Shown: in pieces, positions 16,687 through 27,025 of the stretch
Position numbering within the stretch: the stretch's first letter is position 1
Layout of the letters: each line of letters starts with the position of its first letter
DNA from: Psychrobacter sp. DM4
GTDB taxonomy: Bacteria > Pseudomonadota > Gammaproteobacteria > Pseudomonadales > Moraxellaceae
Length of the DNA: 32,000 nt
Assembly: GCF_051307035.1 (NCBI RefSeq)
Contig: NZ_CP195536.1
Coordinates: 1,980,001 to 2,012,000 of the forward strand
Direction of reading: 5' to 3'
The notes under the pieces: generated by a model
Databases searched by the model: none
Told to the model about the DNA's origin: nothing
Seen by the model: only the letters and a program-made list of their open reading frames with translations
Program-made: the position numbers and the translations under genes

Positions 16687-19290
16687 TTAGCTCAATTGAG
16701 CAACATTAATCTTATCCGCCTCTTCCGTATAGTCTTCCATACGGTCAAAGTTCATGTACTGATACACCTCTTCACCCATGCTGTTTAACATACCAGCGTA
16801 CTGCTGATATTCGTCGTTGGTTGGCAATTTACCGAGTACGGCAGCTACTGCGGCAAGCTCAGCTGACGCAAGATAAACGTTCGCACCTTGACCGAGACGG
16901 TTCGGGAAGTTACGAGTCGAGGTCGAAACGGCGGTAGAGTTCGGTGCGATACGTGCTTGGTTACCCATACATAGTGAACACCCTGGCATCTCAGTACGAG
17001 CGCCGGCTTGTGCGTAGATGTTATAGTAGCCCTCTTCCATCAACTGACGCGCATCCATCTTGGTCGGTGGTGCAATCCATAGACGAGTCTGCAAGCTACC
17101 TGCTGGTACGTCTTGCAGGAGTTTACCCGCAGCACGGAAATGACCAATGTTGGTCATACATGAACCGATAAATACTTCATCAATGGTATCACCTGCCACG
17201 TCAGCTAGCGTCTTAGCATCATCTGGATCGTTCGGGCAGCAAAGAATCGGCTCTTTAATCGTGCTCATATCGATAGTCATATCAATCGTGTATTCTGCGT
17301 CATCATCAGCACGCATCAGGCTTGGGTTCGCTAGCCACTCTTGCATTTGTTCAACACGGCGACTAATCGTACGCGCATCGCCATAACCCTCAGAGATCAT
17401 CCACTTAAGTAGCGTGATGTTTGAGTTTAGGTACTCAGTCACTGACGCCTCTGACAAGGTAATGGTACAACCTGCAGCACTACGCTCAGCTGAAGCATCA
17501 GATAGCTCAAATGCTTGCTCAGCGGTTAAGTCTTCTAGACCTTCAATCTCAAGGATACGACCGTTGAACTCGTTGATCTTACCTTTCTTGTCAACTGTCA
17601 ATAGACCATCTTTAATCGCTTGATAAGGAATCGCATGGACGAGATCACGTAGCGTAATACCAGGCTGACGCTCACCGACGAAACGAACACGGACAGACTC
17701 TGGCATATCAAGTGGCATCACACCAGTAGCCGCTGCGAATGCGACTAGACCAGAACCTGCTGGGAACGAGATACCCATAGGGAAACGAGTATGCGAGTCA
17801 CCACCAGTACCAACGGTATCTGGAAGTAACATACGGTTAAGCCACGAGTGAATGATACCATCACCTGGACGTAAGCTCACGCCGCCGCGGTTCATGATAA
17901 AGTCAGGTAGGGTATGCTGAGTCTCAACGTCAACTGGCTTTGGATAAGCGGCAGTGTGACAGAATGACTGCATCACTAGATCCGCTTGAAAACCCAAACA
18001 TGCCAAGTCTTTTAGCTCATCACGCGTCATCGGACCAGTGGTATCCTGAGAGCCAACCGTAGTCATCTTAGGCTCACAGTACATACCTGGACGTACGCCT
18101 GTCAGGCCACAAGCTTTACCAACCATTTTCTGGGCAAGCGTAAAGCCTTTACCAGTATCAGCTGGCTCTTCTGGCTTAGCAAAGATGTCTGAATGACCAA
18201 GACCCATGTACGCGCGGGCACGGTTAGTCAGACCACGACCAACGATCAATGGAATACGGCCGCCAGCACGAACTTCATCAAGCAAAGTAGGTGAGTTTAG
18301 TGAGAACGTTGATAATACTTCATCAGAGTCATGCTTGGTGATTTTGCCTTCGTACGGATAGATGTCAAAAACATCACCCATGTTTAGATTATCAACCGCT
18401 ACTTTTTCGATTGGCAATGCGCCAGAATCTTCCATAGTGTTAAAGAAGATAGGAGCGATGTTGTTACCTAATACTAAACCGCCACCACGTTTGTTTGGCA
18501 CGTTAGGAATATCTTCACCCATCAGCCACAGTACTGAGTTGGTCGCAGACTTACGGCTAGAACCCGTACCAACCACGTCACCAACATAAGCGAGTGGATG
18601 GCCTTTTTCTTTTAGCGCTTCGATCTGCTTCATTGGACCGACAACGCCCTCTTCGTCAGCATTGATGCCGTCGCGAGAGTTTTTGTGCATGGCTAGTGAA
18701 TGCAATGGGATATCAGGACGGCTCCATGCGTCTTGCGCAGGTGATAAGTCATCCGTGTTGGTCTCGCCAGTTACTTTGAACGTCGTGTAAGTGGTTTTCT
18801 TTGGTACTTCAGCACGGTTCAAGAACCATTCTGCGTCAGCCCAAGACTGCACGACTTCTTTTGCAATGTCATTACCAGCTTCAGCTTTTTCAGTGACGTC
18901 ATTGAATGCGTCAAATACCAGTAGCGTTTTTTTCAACGCTTCAGCAGCGTCTTGTGCAACATCGGCGTCATCTAGTGCAGCAACCAATGGCTGCACGTTG
19001 TAGCCGCCTTGCATAGTGCCTAAGATTTCAACCGCTTTTTTCTTGCTGACGAGCGGTGAAGTCGCTTCACCTTTCACGATAGCTGCCAGAAAAGCTGCTT
19101 TTACATAAGCGGCTTGGTCAACACCCGCTGGAATGCGGTTCTCTAGCAAGTTCATTAGGAACTCATCTTCGCCTGCAGGTGGGTTTTTGAGCACTTCAAC
19201 CAACTCAGCTACTTGTTTTTCGCTGAGTGGTAGTGGCACTGTTCCTAGCTCAGCACGTTCTGCGACATGTTTGCGATAAGCTTCTAACAT
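16687..19290 (-). CDS. acnB: Aconitate hydratase B (bifunctional aconitase 2 / 2-methylisocitrate dehydratase)
   Basis: 867 aa, collinear over its whole length with E. coli AcnB: '[13 protein letters not shown]', '[13 protein letters not shown]', '[22 protein letters not shown]', '[11 protein letters not shown]', 'GGDSHTRFP', '[17 protein letters not shown]', '[12 protein letters not shown]', '[12 protein letters not shown]'. Confidence 0.98.
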   Translation of the reverse strand: MLEAYRKHVAERAELGTVPLPLSEKQVAELVEVLKNPPAGEDEFLMNLLENRIPAGVDQAAYVKAAFLAAIVKGEATSPLVSKKKAVEILGTMQGGYNVQPLVAALDDADVAQDAAEALKKTLLVFDAFNDVTEKAEAGNDIAKEVVQSWADAEWFLNRAEVPKKTTYTTFKVTGETNTDDLSPAQDAWSRPDIPLHSLAMHKNSRDGINADEEGVVGPMKQIEALKEKGHPLAYVGDVVGTGSSRKSATNSVLWLMGEDIPNVPNKRGGGLVLGNNIAPIFFNTMEDSGALPIEKVAVDNLNMGDVFDIYPYEGKITKHDSDEVLSTFSLNSPTLLDEVRAGGRIPLIVGRGLTNRARAYMGLGHSDIFAKPEEPADTGKGFTLAQKMVGKACGLTGVRPGMYCEPKMTTVGSQDTTGPMTRDELKDLACLGFQADLVMQSFCHTAAYPKPVDVETQHTLPDFIMNRGGVSLRPGDGIIHSWLNRMLLPDTVGTGGDSHTRFPMGISFPAGSGLVAFAAATGVMPLDMPESVRVRFVGERQPGITLRDLVHAIPYQAIKDGLLTVDKKGKINEFNGRILEIEGLEDLTAEQAFELSDASAERSAAGCTITLSEASVTEYLNSNITLLKWMISEGYGDARTISRRVEQMQEWLANPSLMRADDDAEYTIDMTIDMSTIKEPILCCPNDPDDAKTLADVAGDTIDEVFIGSCMTNIGHFRAAGKLLQDVPAGSLQTRLWIAPPTKMDARQLMEEGYYNIYAQAGARTEMPGCSLCMGNQARIAPNSTAVSTSTRNFPNRLGQGANVYLASAELAAVAAVLGKLPTNDEYQQYAGMLNSMGEEVYQYMNFDRMEDYTEEADKINVAQLS

Positions 19291-19683
19291 ATAGGATTTC
19301 CTCGTCGGTCGATAGTCAGCACATCGCGTGGGTAGTCAGTATGACTGCCTGCATTGATGCGCTATTTTGAATAACTGTATATGTGAACGAATGTAGTACT
19401 GAATAGTAAGCGGATTAATTATCCCTGCTAATATAGCCTAAAATGACCAAAATGTTAATGGCTCGGCTAAGAAAAGACTTCATAATATAGCGATATTGAA
19501 TATTTATTAAAAAAATGGTCTCATAAATTAGCGAATTAAACGCCCTATCCTCACCTGCTAAACTTGTTATCCATTGCTAAAGTCACTATCACCAGTTTGC
19601 TATACTACTTAATCCATTTAAAATATCTGCCGTCCAAAAATTTAAAACGAATTAACCACCTTAAAATTGAAACAGGGTAAATC

Positions 19684-20094
19684 ATGAAAAACGATAATTA
19701 CAATAAAGGTCTCAAAGTACGCACCGAAGTCATGGGCAAAGATCACGTCAAACGTTCTCTTGATGCAGCGACCGCCTTTACCCAGCCATTACAAGACTGG
19801 ATTATTGAACACGCTTGGGGCAGTACCTGGCAAGACGATTCTGTACTACCGCGTAAGTACCGCTCTTTGGTCACGATCGGTTTTCTCATCGCTCAAAAGA
19901 GCCCGACCGAGCTAAAAGGACACATACGCGGTGCCATCAATAATGGGGCTAGTGTCGCTGAGATTCGAGAAGTCCTCATGCATAGCCTTCCCTATTGCGG
20001 CGCACCTGCTACTCAAGAAGCCTTCCGTGCCGCTATCGAGGTATTTGATGAATTGGATATTGATATAGTTAGTATGGACAAAGATAAGCTCTAG
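19684..20094 (+). CDS. Carboxymuconolactone decarboxylase (CMD/AhpD-like) family protein
   Basis: 136 aa. 'IIEHAWGSTWQDDSVLPRKYRSLVTIGFLIA', 'ELKGHIRGAINNGASVAEIREVLMHSLPYCGAP' is typical of PcaC-like CMD domains. Confidence 0.8.
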   Translation: MKNDNYNKGLKVRTEVMGKDHVKRSLDAATAFTQPLQDWIIEHAWGSTWQDDSVLPRKYRSLVTIGFLIAQKSPTELKGHIRGAINNGASVAEIREVLMHSLPYCGAPATQEAFRAAIEVFDELDIDIVSMDKDKL

Positions 20095-20230
20095 TAGTCC
20101 GATAGCATCGTTGCGATGAAGGTTGAATAATAAAATTCAAGCTCAATATCTGCTATAATAAGTGCACTTATAAAGCATGCCGATAATTCCATAAACCCTT
20201 ATTCTATCAAGGGTTAAGAGATCATTGATT

Positions 20231-21274
20231 ATGACAAATGCCGTCCAAAGTTATATTCCTGCCGCCAAAGCAAAACCTAAAAAAGCCATTCAAGGCGAAA
20301 AATTACGTGGTTACGATAAAGTCGCTCGTATCCCAATTAAAGTGATTCCAACCACCACTGCCAAGAAAAAACCAGATTGGATTCGGGTTAAGATGTCATC
20401 GCCTGCGGAAGTTGCGCGTATTAAAGCGACCCTACGTGAGCAAAAGCTCTATACCGTTTGCGAAGAAGCTGCCTGTCCCAATCTACCGCAGTGCTTTGCC
20501 GATGGTACGGCCACCTTTATGATTATGGGTGATATCTGTACCCGTCGTTGCCCGTTCTGCGACGTTGGTCATGGTCGTCCAAATGAGCTAGACGCTGATG
20601 AGCCGCGCCATACTGCCGAGACCATTTTGGGTTTAGGGCTAAAATATGCGGTCATTACCTCTGTTGATCGTGATGACCTCAAAGATGGAGGCGCGAATCA
20701 TTTTGTTGAAGTCCTTGACGAGTCACGTGCGCTAAGTCCGAACTGCTTAATTGAGATTCTGGTGCCAGATTTCCGTGGTCGCATGGAAGTCGCTTTAGAT
20801 TTGTTAACGGAAACTGCGCCAGATGTCTTTAATCACAACATTGAAACCGTACCACGTCTATACAAAGCCTTTCGTCCGGGTTCTGACTATCAGCATTCGC
20901 TAGACTTGCTCAAGATATACAAAGAACGTCGTCCTGATATCGCTACTAAGTGCGGCTTTATGGTCGGCCTAGGTGAGACCGAAGAAGAGATTTATACGCT
21001 GCTTGATGATCTAAAAGCGCATAACGTCGATATGATTACCGTCGGTCAATACTTACAACCCAGCAAAAACCACGCGCCCGTTGATCGTTACGTACATCCA
21101 GACGAGTTTCAGCGCTATATGGACTACGGCAAAAAGATTGGCTTTTTTAACATTTGGGCAGGACCTATGGTACGCTCAAGCTATTTTGCCGATCGTCAAT
21201 ACTATGGTGAGGAGTGCCCAGCACCGATTCGTAGCAAAAAAGCCCTTGAGGCGGAAGGTAAGCTTGGGTGCTAA
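20231..21274 (+). CDS. lipA: Lipoyl synthase (radical SAM)
   Basis: '[13 protein letters not shown]' auxiliary-cluster motif and '[10 protein letters not shown]' radical-SAM motif; '[14 protein letters not shown]', '[10 protein letters not shown]', '[11 protein letters not shown]', '[10 protein letters not shown]'. The ATG at 20231 is preferred over the listed TTG at 20225. Confidence 0.97.
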   Translation: MTNAVQSYIPAAKAKPKKAIQGEKLRGYDKVARIPIKVIPTTTAKKKPDWIRVKMSSPAEVARIKATLREQKLYTVCEEAACPNLPQCFADGTATFMIMGDICTRRCPFCDVGHGRPNELDADEPRHTAETILGLGLKYAVITSVDRDDLKDGGANHFVEVLDESRALSPNCLIEILVPDFRGRMEVALDLLTETAPDVFNHNIETVPRLYKAFRPGSDYQHSLDLLKIYKERRPDIATKCGFMVGLGETEEEIYTLLDDLKAHNVDMITVGQYLQPSKNHAPVDRYVHPDEFQRYMDYGKKIGFFNIWAGPMVRSSYFADRQYYGEECPAPIRSKKALEAEGKLGC

Positions 21275-21298
21275 TGAATAATCAAGTAAGCTGATTAT

Positions 21299-21330
21299 AA
21301 AAAAGAGATCTATTAAGGTCTCTTTTTTAT
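21299..21330 (+). terminator. Rho-independent terminator after lipA
   Basis: 'agagatc' (21304-21310) pairs with 'ggtctct' (21317-21323) with one G-U pair, followed by the T-run 21324-21328. An A-run precedes it. Confidence 0.7.
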
Positions 21331-21421
21331 GTGCACTACTCAAAGCATCTACACTCACAGACTATAATAGTGCTATATTTTGAAACGATAAATAATGCTT
21401 TCGTCAAAAAAGGATCGACTT

Positions 21422-21895
21422 ATGAGCACTGAATTCACGTCGCAAGAAGGCTCTTGCTCTTGCTATAGCAATACTTACACGATAAATAACGCCCCTGTTG
21501 GTCGCTTTATCTGCCACTGTACTATCTGTCAAGAATACACGGGTCAAAACTACAATGATGTGACCATTCTACTCAAGTCTGATGTCAGTGAATTAGATAT
21601 TGCTAAAACGCGTTTTCAACGCTGGAAACTACCGCCCAACATCAGCCGTGGACTTTGCAAACGCTGCAACAAACCTAGCATAGAGATGGCTATGGGCGGC
21701 ACTCTTATGTTAGTACCGACGGACAATTATCCTGATATCAATGCGTTACCAAAGCCAAGTATGCACATATTTTATGATAGCAGAGTAGAAGATATAGAAG
21801 ATGATTTGCCAAAGTATAAAGGCTTTGTACAAAGTCAGGCGATGGTCGTCAAAGCATTGGCTCAGGGTATGTTTAAGAGAGTGGCTAAGCGTTAG
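21422..21895 (+). CDS. GFA (glutathione-dependent formaldehyde-activating / CENP-V-like) zinc-binding family protein
   Basis: Cys pattern 'GSCSCYSNTY...FICHCTICQEYTG...LCKRCN'. The ATG at 21422 has RBS 'aagga', and the listed start at 21395 is also possible. Confidence 0.7.
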   Translation: MSTEFTSQEGSCSCYSNTYTINNAPVGRFICHCTICQEYTGQNYNDVTILLKSDVSELDIAKTRFQRWKLPPNISRGLCKRCNKPSIEMAMGGTLMLVPTDNYPDINALPKPSMHIFYDSRVEDIEDDLPKYKGFVQSQAMVVKALAQGMFKRVAKR

Positions 21896-22010
21896 CGTTT
21901 AGGTTTAGAGCTCAAAATCTGTTAAACCCGAAATGTAGTATTGGCAGTCCTAATATTAAACGTTTAATAGATCCTAGAAACTCCCAATAAAAACAATAAG
22001 CTAAAAACGC

Positions 22011-22052
22011 AAAAAGGGTGAATAACAAACTCTTGTTATTCACCCTTTTTTA
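22011..22052. terminator. Bidirectional rho-independent terminator between convergent genes
   Basis: Perfect 13-bp stem: 'gggtgaataacaa' (22016-22028) pairs with 'ttgttattcaccc' (22033-22045). It is flanked by an A-run (22011-22015) and a T-run (22046-22051). Confidence 0.9.
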
Positions 22053-22090
22053 TTACTTTAATATATTTTAAAGTCTTTAAATTCAACGCT

Positions 22091-24175
22091 TTAAACAGTT
22101 AAGGTTGGCGTTGGCTTATCCGCTGTTTTTATATTAAATATAGCCACGATTAATACTATTAATCCGCCTATTAACCCTGTTGTCAGCTCAGGATAAATCA
22201 GTAGCAACGCGCCAATGGTCAGTATGCCACGAGTTAGTGGGTTCATAGCACCTTTGAAATAACCCTCCAGCGCCGCACTAAGTGCAATGACGCCCGTCAC
22301 TGACGTCAATACGACAGTCATTATGTCAAAAATAGGCGGTAGCGGGAAATCTTTTGCCGTGACCGCTAGACCTGTTGGATCTATCATCAGCATAGTAGGG
22401 CTATAAATAAACATAAACGGCACGATGAATCCGGCGAGTGCTAACTTTAACGATAAGAATCCTGTCTTCATCGGATCGCCGCCCGATATACCAGCGCCAG
22501 CAAAGGCTGCCAGACATACAGGCGGGGTAATATTAGCAAAAATACCAAAATAAAAGACGAACATATGCGCTGATAAAATTGGAATATCAAAACCTGCTAG
22601 AGCTGGTGCTGCCATCGTTGCCGTTATAATGTAAGCAGGAATAGACGGTAGACCCATGCCCAATACCATAGAGGCAAGCATCGTCAAAATAAGGGTTAGA
22701 AATAGTGACCCTGCTCCTAGCGTAACGATTGATGAGGTCATCACCGTACCAAAGCTAGTTAAGCTCACAACTCCAATGATAATACCTACCACCGCACAAG
22801 CTGCCATCACTGCCAATGACTGGCGAGCACCATCTTCTAAAGCCGCCATAATGTCAGAAACCCCCATTCTAGTCTCTTTGCGTAGCATACTGATCACAAC
22901 TGTGAAACCAATAGTGTAGGCTGCGGCATAGCCTACCGGTACGCTTCTAATTAATAAAAATATCAAAAACACAATCGGTAATAGCATATGACCGCGCGCT
23001 TTTAGCACCTCTTTGACCTGCGGTAAGCTCTCTTTAGCCATACCTTTTAGGTCGCGACGTCCAGCCCGAAAATGCACTTGGGCAATGACACCTAGATAAT
23101 AAAGTACTGCTGGTAGTAATGCTGCCAACGCAATCGTGCTATACGGCAACCCTGTCGTCTCTGCCATGATAAACGCACTCGCACCCATAATCGGTGGCAA
23201 TATCTGTCCGCCCACAGAAGCACTCGCCTCCACTGCACCTGCGAAATCTTTGTGATAACCGACCTTTTTCATTAATGGAATAGTAAAGGCACCAGTACTG
23301 ACCACGTTAGATAAAGCAGAGCCATTGATACTGCCCATAAAGCCACTTGAGATGACCGCAACCTTGGCAGGTCCGCCTTTTTTATCACCGGCTAGCGCAA
23401 GTGCCAAGTCATTAAATAACTGCCCCATTCCCGAACGTGCTAAAAATGCGCCAAATAAAATAAACAAGAAAATAAAGGTGACCGACGCGCCAATCGCAAC
23501 AGAATACAGACCTTCGGTTTTTAGAAATAATTGGCCAAAAATATCGCCCATATCATAGGGACGCGTGAGTAGTCGATCAGGCATAAAATCCAAATGGCTG
23601 ACAAATGGATAAGCCAAGAATATCCCTGCCAATATAGGCAAAATCCAACCCGTAATACGCCGACTGCCTTCTAGCACACAGACCACCGTAATCAATGAAA
23701 ATATGACATCGACCTGATTTGCCATACCGCCACGCGAGGTCACAATATCTTGATATTCATAGATTAGATAGCCCATACCAGATAAAGATAGAGCAAACCA
23801 AATCCAGTCATACCACGCTACTCGCTTACGACTGCTCTTTTTACTGGCAGGGAAAATCAGAAATATTAAGGCAAAACCAACACCCACGTGTACAGAACGC
23901 TGCAATAATGCTGGCATCGGGTTAAAGGTGATGTACAAGTGAAAAAGGGAATAGAGTATACAAATACCCGCAATAAAATACTTTACTGGGCCTTGAGTAA
24001 TATGACGGGTGATTGACTCTCGATCATATTTTTCTAATATCGCTTGATTATGAGCTTGTGCTTCAAGTTCATCGTCTGTATTGGTGGTAGCATGAGTATT
24101 GGAGTGTGTAGGCAGATCAGTATGGTTTGCTGACATCGTTGTCACATTATCGCGATCCATCACTTGAGCGTTCAT
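22091..24175 (-). CDS. TRAP transporter fused permease (TAXI-type, DctQ/DctM-like fusion)
   Basis: 694 aa polytopic membrane protein with a hydrophilic N-terminus. It is the last gene of an operon with a TAXI binding protein and DUF1850, and its start overlaps the DUF1850 stop. Confidence 0.85.
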   Translation of the reverse strand: MNAQVMDRDNVTTMSANHTDLPTHSNTHATTNTDDELEAQAHNQAILEKYDRESITRHITQGPVKYFIAGICILYSLFHLYITFNPMPALLQRSVHVGVGFALIFLIFPASKKSSRKRVAWYDWIWFALSLSGMGYLIYEYQDIVTSRGGMANQVDVIFSLITVVCVLEGSRRITGWILPILAGIFLAYPFVSHLDFMPDRLLTRPYDMGDIFGQLFLKTEGLYSVAIGASVTFIFLFILFGAFLARSGMGQLFNDLALALAGDKKGGPAKVAVISSGFMGSINGSALSNVVSTGAFTIPLMKKVGYHKDFAGAVEASASVGGQILPPIMGASAFIMAETTGLPYSTIALAALLPAVLYYLGVIAQVHFRAGRRDLKGMAKESLPQVKEVLKARGHMLLPIVFLIFLLIRSVPVGYAAAYTIGFTVVISMLRKETRMGVSDIMAALEDGARQSLAVMAACAVVGIIIGVVSLTSFGTVMTSSIVTLGAGSLFLTLILTMLASMVLGMGLPSIPAYIITATMAAPALAGFDIPILSAHMFVFYFGIFANITPPVCLAAFAGAGISGGDPMKTGFLSLKLALAGFIVPFMFIYSPTMLMIDPTGLAVTAKDFPLPPIFDIMTVVLTSVTGVIALSAALEGYFKGAMNPLTRGILTIGALLLIYPELTTGLIGGLIVLIVAIFNIKTADKPTPTLTV

Positions 24176-24674
24176 GACAAAAGTCCTTTTTCAATCTATC
24201 AATTAAATGATACGCCTTAGGCGTAATAGTTACTTCAGAATAATCTGGCGCCCATTTATGAATCAAAAGTCGATAGTCAGCATAATCAAGCTCACCTTTG
24301 GTCAGTCTGGACACTACCCAATTAAGGCTAGGCAGTTTTTCATTGATCTGATAACCCAGATAACCAGGTTTTTGTATGGGCGCTAGTGCTTCAGTAGAAG
24401 GCGTACCCGCGCCAAACGCTTGAAAATAGGTGGTTGTAAGTAGTAGTCCATCGTTTTTACGTTGGTATTGTTCTTCCCACCACTGTTTTTCTACAGAATG
24501 AATCCAGCGCAACTGAAAATTGGGTTCAGTAAAATAACAAACTTTTCCATCGACTTGTACTTCGATAACAGACTGACGTGATAAGCTTGCCCATAGCGCA
24601 AAACAAACTAGCGCAGCCATTAGTGCCGCGCTAGTGAATAACCATAATCGTTTATTTGGCAGCTTGCTCATCAT
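24147..24674 (-). CDS. DUF1850-domain protein (TAXI-TRAP-associated)
   Basis: One N-terminal TM ('LWLFTSAALMAALVCFALWA') followed by a soluble domain. Its position between the TAXI binding protein and the fused permease is typical for DUF1850. The start at the ATG-ATG pair 24674/24671 is preferred over the listed 24716. Confidence 0.65.
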   Translation of the reverse strand: MMSKLPNKRLWLFTSAALMAALVCFALWASLSRQSVIEVQVDGKVCYFTEPNFQLRWIHSVEKQWWEEQYQRKNDGLLLTTTYFQAFGAGTPSTEALAPIQKPGYLGYQINEKLPSLNWVVSRLTKGELDYADYRLLIHKWAPDYSEVTITPKAYHLIDRLKKDFCHERSSDGSR

Positions 24675-25671
24675 AGTACTTTTTGGCGCCAGGATGGATT
24701 GGGGCGACCATACCATCGAGAGCGGTTTCTAAACTGATATCATTGGCCGCTTGGTGAGCTGTCTTTAGACCGTCTAAATTATCAAACAGCGCTTTGGTTA
24801 ATTTATAACCATCATCTTCAGACAAATCAGAGCTAACCAACAATGCATTCATGATTGCCGCCGTTGGAATAGCGGATTCATTACCATAAGTACCAACAGG
24901 AATCTCAAAGGTCTTAAAGTAAGGCTTGCTTGCGATAATTTCTTTTAGCTTGTCTTGGTTGATAGTGATAATCTGTAAATCTAAGCCCTGCTCTAGCTCC
25001 ATCAAAGACGAGTTTGGTAAACCACTACTAAAGAATGCTGCTTCGATTTTACCCGCTTTCATACCATCAGCCGCTTCAGCAAAGCCTAGATAGTCGACAG
25101 TAACGTCATCATAGGTGATACCAAACCCTTCTAACAAAGTTCGAGCATTTACTTCTGTGCCAGAACCTTGATCACCGACAGCAATACGCTTGCCTCTTAA
25201 ATCTTCAATGTTTTTGATGCCAGATTTTTTTGACGTCACAATTTGTACCACGTTAGGGTACAGAACAGCAATCTGTTGAATATTGGTGATTGGCTGATCA
25301 AAGTTGTTTTTGCCTTCAACTGCGTCCGTGACCACGTCGCTGAGCGCCAATACCATGTCCACTTTACCTTGTGTCAATAGATTGACGTTTTCAACTGATG
25401 CGCCTGTAGTTTGTGTCTTTGAGTTGACGCCAAAAGTTTTGACATAGACCTCAGACAATGACGTGCCAATGATGTTATAGGGGCCGGACGCACCGCCAGT
25501 CGCAATAGTCAAAAACTTGGTATCAAGTTTGTCGACTGAAGCAGTGTCAGCTGTAGTAGAAGTATCGCTACTCTCCGAGCTCGGAGATGAACACGCCGTC
25601 AGGCCTAACGTGATGCTTAGCATTACTGATAAAAGTAAAGGGGATTTTATAGAATTGAGCATTGAGTTCAT
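24652..25671 (-). CDS. TAXI-family TRAP transporter solute-binding lipoprotein
   Basis: 339 aa. Lipobox 'LGLTAC', an S/T-rich tether, then 'LTIATGGASGPYNIIGTSL', 'GKVDMVLALSD', 'RIAVGDQGSGTE' and 'HPGAKKYYDE', as in TAXI receptors. Confidence 0.88.
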   Translation of the reverse strand: MNSMLNSIKSPLLLSVMLSITLGLTACSSPSSESSDTSTTADTASVDKLDTKFLTIATGGASGPYNIIGTSLSEVYVKTFGVNSKTQTTGASVENVNLLTQGKVDMVLALSDVVTDAVEGKNNFDQPITNIQQIAVLYPNVVQIVTSKKSGIKNIEDLRGKRIAVGDQGSGTEVNARTLLEGFGITYDDVTVDYLGFAEAADGMKAGKIEAAFFSSGLPNSSLMELEQGLDLQIITINQDKLKEIIASKPYFKTFEIPVGTYGNESAIPTAAIMNALLVSSDLSEDDGYKLTKALFDNLDGLKTAHQAANDISLETALDGMVAPIHPGAKKYYDEQAAK

Positions 25672-26035
25672 CCTTGAAGTAATCGATTTAATACCTTTAA
25701 CGACATTAATATATAGACATTAATCCGTTATAGCTAAGTAATGATATAGCAATTTTTATCACAAATAAACTAAAGTCTGTTTTCTATTTTCCTTGCATTA
25801 CCCTCATAACCTAATTGATGACACACCCTAGTTCCGTCACAATTTCCTTGGAAACAACTAATACTAAGGTATCAAATAACTGGATTGTATTTTTATTACT
25901 CCTTCAATTCTGCTATATTTCGACTAAAATTTAACTCGTAGTGCTGTATCTAAAACATATGCTACTTAAACCAACAAACACAATATCACCTGAACCAGCA
26001 CCTTTGCTTTTTGTGATCAAATTTGGATAAACCTT

Positions 26036-26932
26036 ATGACAACATCTACAATAGAAGCATCAGAATCTTTGTCTGCCGACATTGCTATCATCGGTGGTAG
26101 CGGTCTATATCAGATGGCCGACTTGACCAACAAGCGCAGCATCAGCATCGCAACGCCTTATGGTAAGCCCTCTGACGGTATTGTATTGGGTGAATTGAAT
26201 GGTGTGACCGTAGCTTTTCTAGCTCGTCATGGTCAAGAGCATAGACTCACCCCTTCTACTGTGCCTTATCGCGCCAATATTTATGCGCTTAAAACATTAG
26301 GGGTGCGCTATATTGTTTCCGTATCAGCAGTAGGTTCATTACAAAAAGAGCTCAAGCCATTGGATATGGTCGTACCCGATCAGATGATCGATATGACCAA
26401 ACAGCGCTCAAGTAGCTTTTTTGGTAAAGGTGCCGTCGCTCATGTATCGATGGCTGATCCAATATGTCCTGCGGTTGCTGATATCTTAACGCGTGCTTAT
26501 ACTCAAGCCAATATCAATGAGGGACAATGTCATCCTAAAGCGACTTACGTCTGTATCGAAGGCCCGCAGTTCTCTACTCGCGCTGAATCGCAGTGGTATC
26601 GTCAAATGAATGCCGATATCATCGGCATGACCAATATGCCAGAAGCGAAGCTCGCCCGCGAAGCGAGCATTGCTTATGCAACATTAGCATTGGTGACAGA
26701 CTTTGATAGTTGGCATCCAACGGAAGAAGACGTTAGCGCTGATTATGCGATTCAAAACCTCATGAAAAACGCCGATAACGCGCAACAAGTGATTAAACAA
26801 GCCGTTGCTCTGATCGCTGCCGAGCAGCCTAAATCGATCGCGCATAATGCTCTAGCTCAATCATTAGTCACGCCTATCGAAGCAATGAGCGTTGAAGTTA
26901 AGGCTAAACTTGGTGCTTTACTGCCTGAGTAA
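26036..26932 (+). CDS. mtnP: S-methyl-5'-thioadenosine phosphorylase
   Basis: 298 aa. 'IAIIGGSGLY', 'FLARHG..H...PS.VPYRANIYALK.LGV', 'VSAVGSL', 'ICIEGPQFSTRAES' and 'IGMTNMPEAKLAREA' are MTAP/PNP-family signatures. Confidence 0.92.
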   Translation: MTTSTIEASESLSADIAIIGGSGLYQMADLTNKRSISIATPYGKPSDGIVLGELNGVTVAFLARHGQEHRLTPSTVPYRANIYALKTLGVRYIVSVSAVGSLQKELKPLDMVVPDQMIDMTKQRSSSFFGKGAVAHVSMADPICPAVADILTRAYTQANINEGQCHPKATYVCIEGPQFSTRAESQWYRQMNADIIGMTNMPEAKLAREASIAYATLALVTDFDSWHPTEEDVSADYAIQNLMKNADNAQQVIKQAVALIAAEQPKSIAHNALAQSLVTPIEAMSVEVKAKLGALLPE

Positions 26933-26968
26933 TCATCTATGACCCCTTAGCCAACCCTAATTTTGCAT

Positions 26969-27001
26969 AAAAAAAGCCATCACAATATGTGATGGCTTTT
27001 T
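26969..27001. terminator. Bidirectional rho-independent terminator (mtnP / arsM-like convergent pair)
   Basis: A-run at 26969-26975. Stem 'agccatcaca' (26975-26984) pairs with 'tgtgatggct' (26988-26997). T-run at 26998-27001. Confidence 0.85.
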
Positions 27002-27025
27002 GCTGTTTTGCCTAATTAATGATCG

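Noticed and set aside
19684-20094. The CMD/AhpD-like protein as the 'peroxidase-like' accessory of ArsS-type clusters.
   Set aside because: It lies about 7 kb away from the cluster on the other strand, separated by lipA, the TRAP operon and mtnP, so no linkage is supported.
20194-20215. Hairpin 'aaccctt'/'aagggtt' directly upstream of the lipA ribosome-binding site.
   Set aside because: It is a 7-bp stem with no U-tract, so it is not a convincing terminator. It is too short to call a regulatory element without conservation data.
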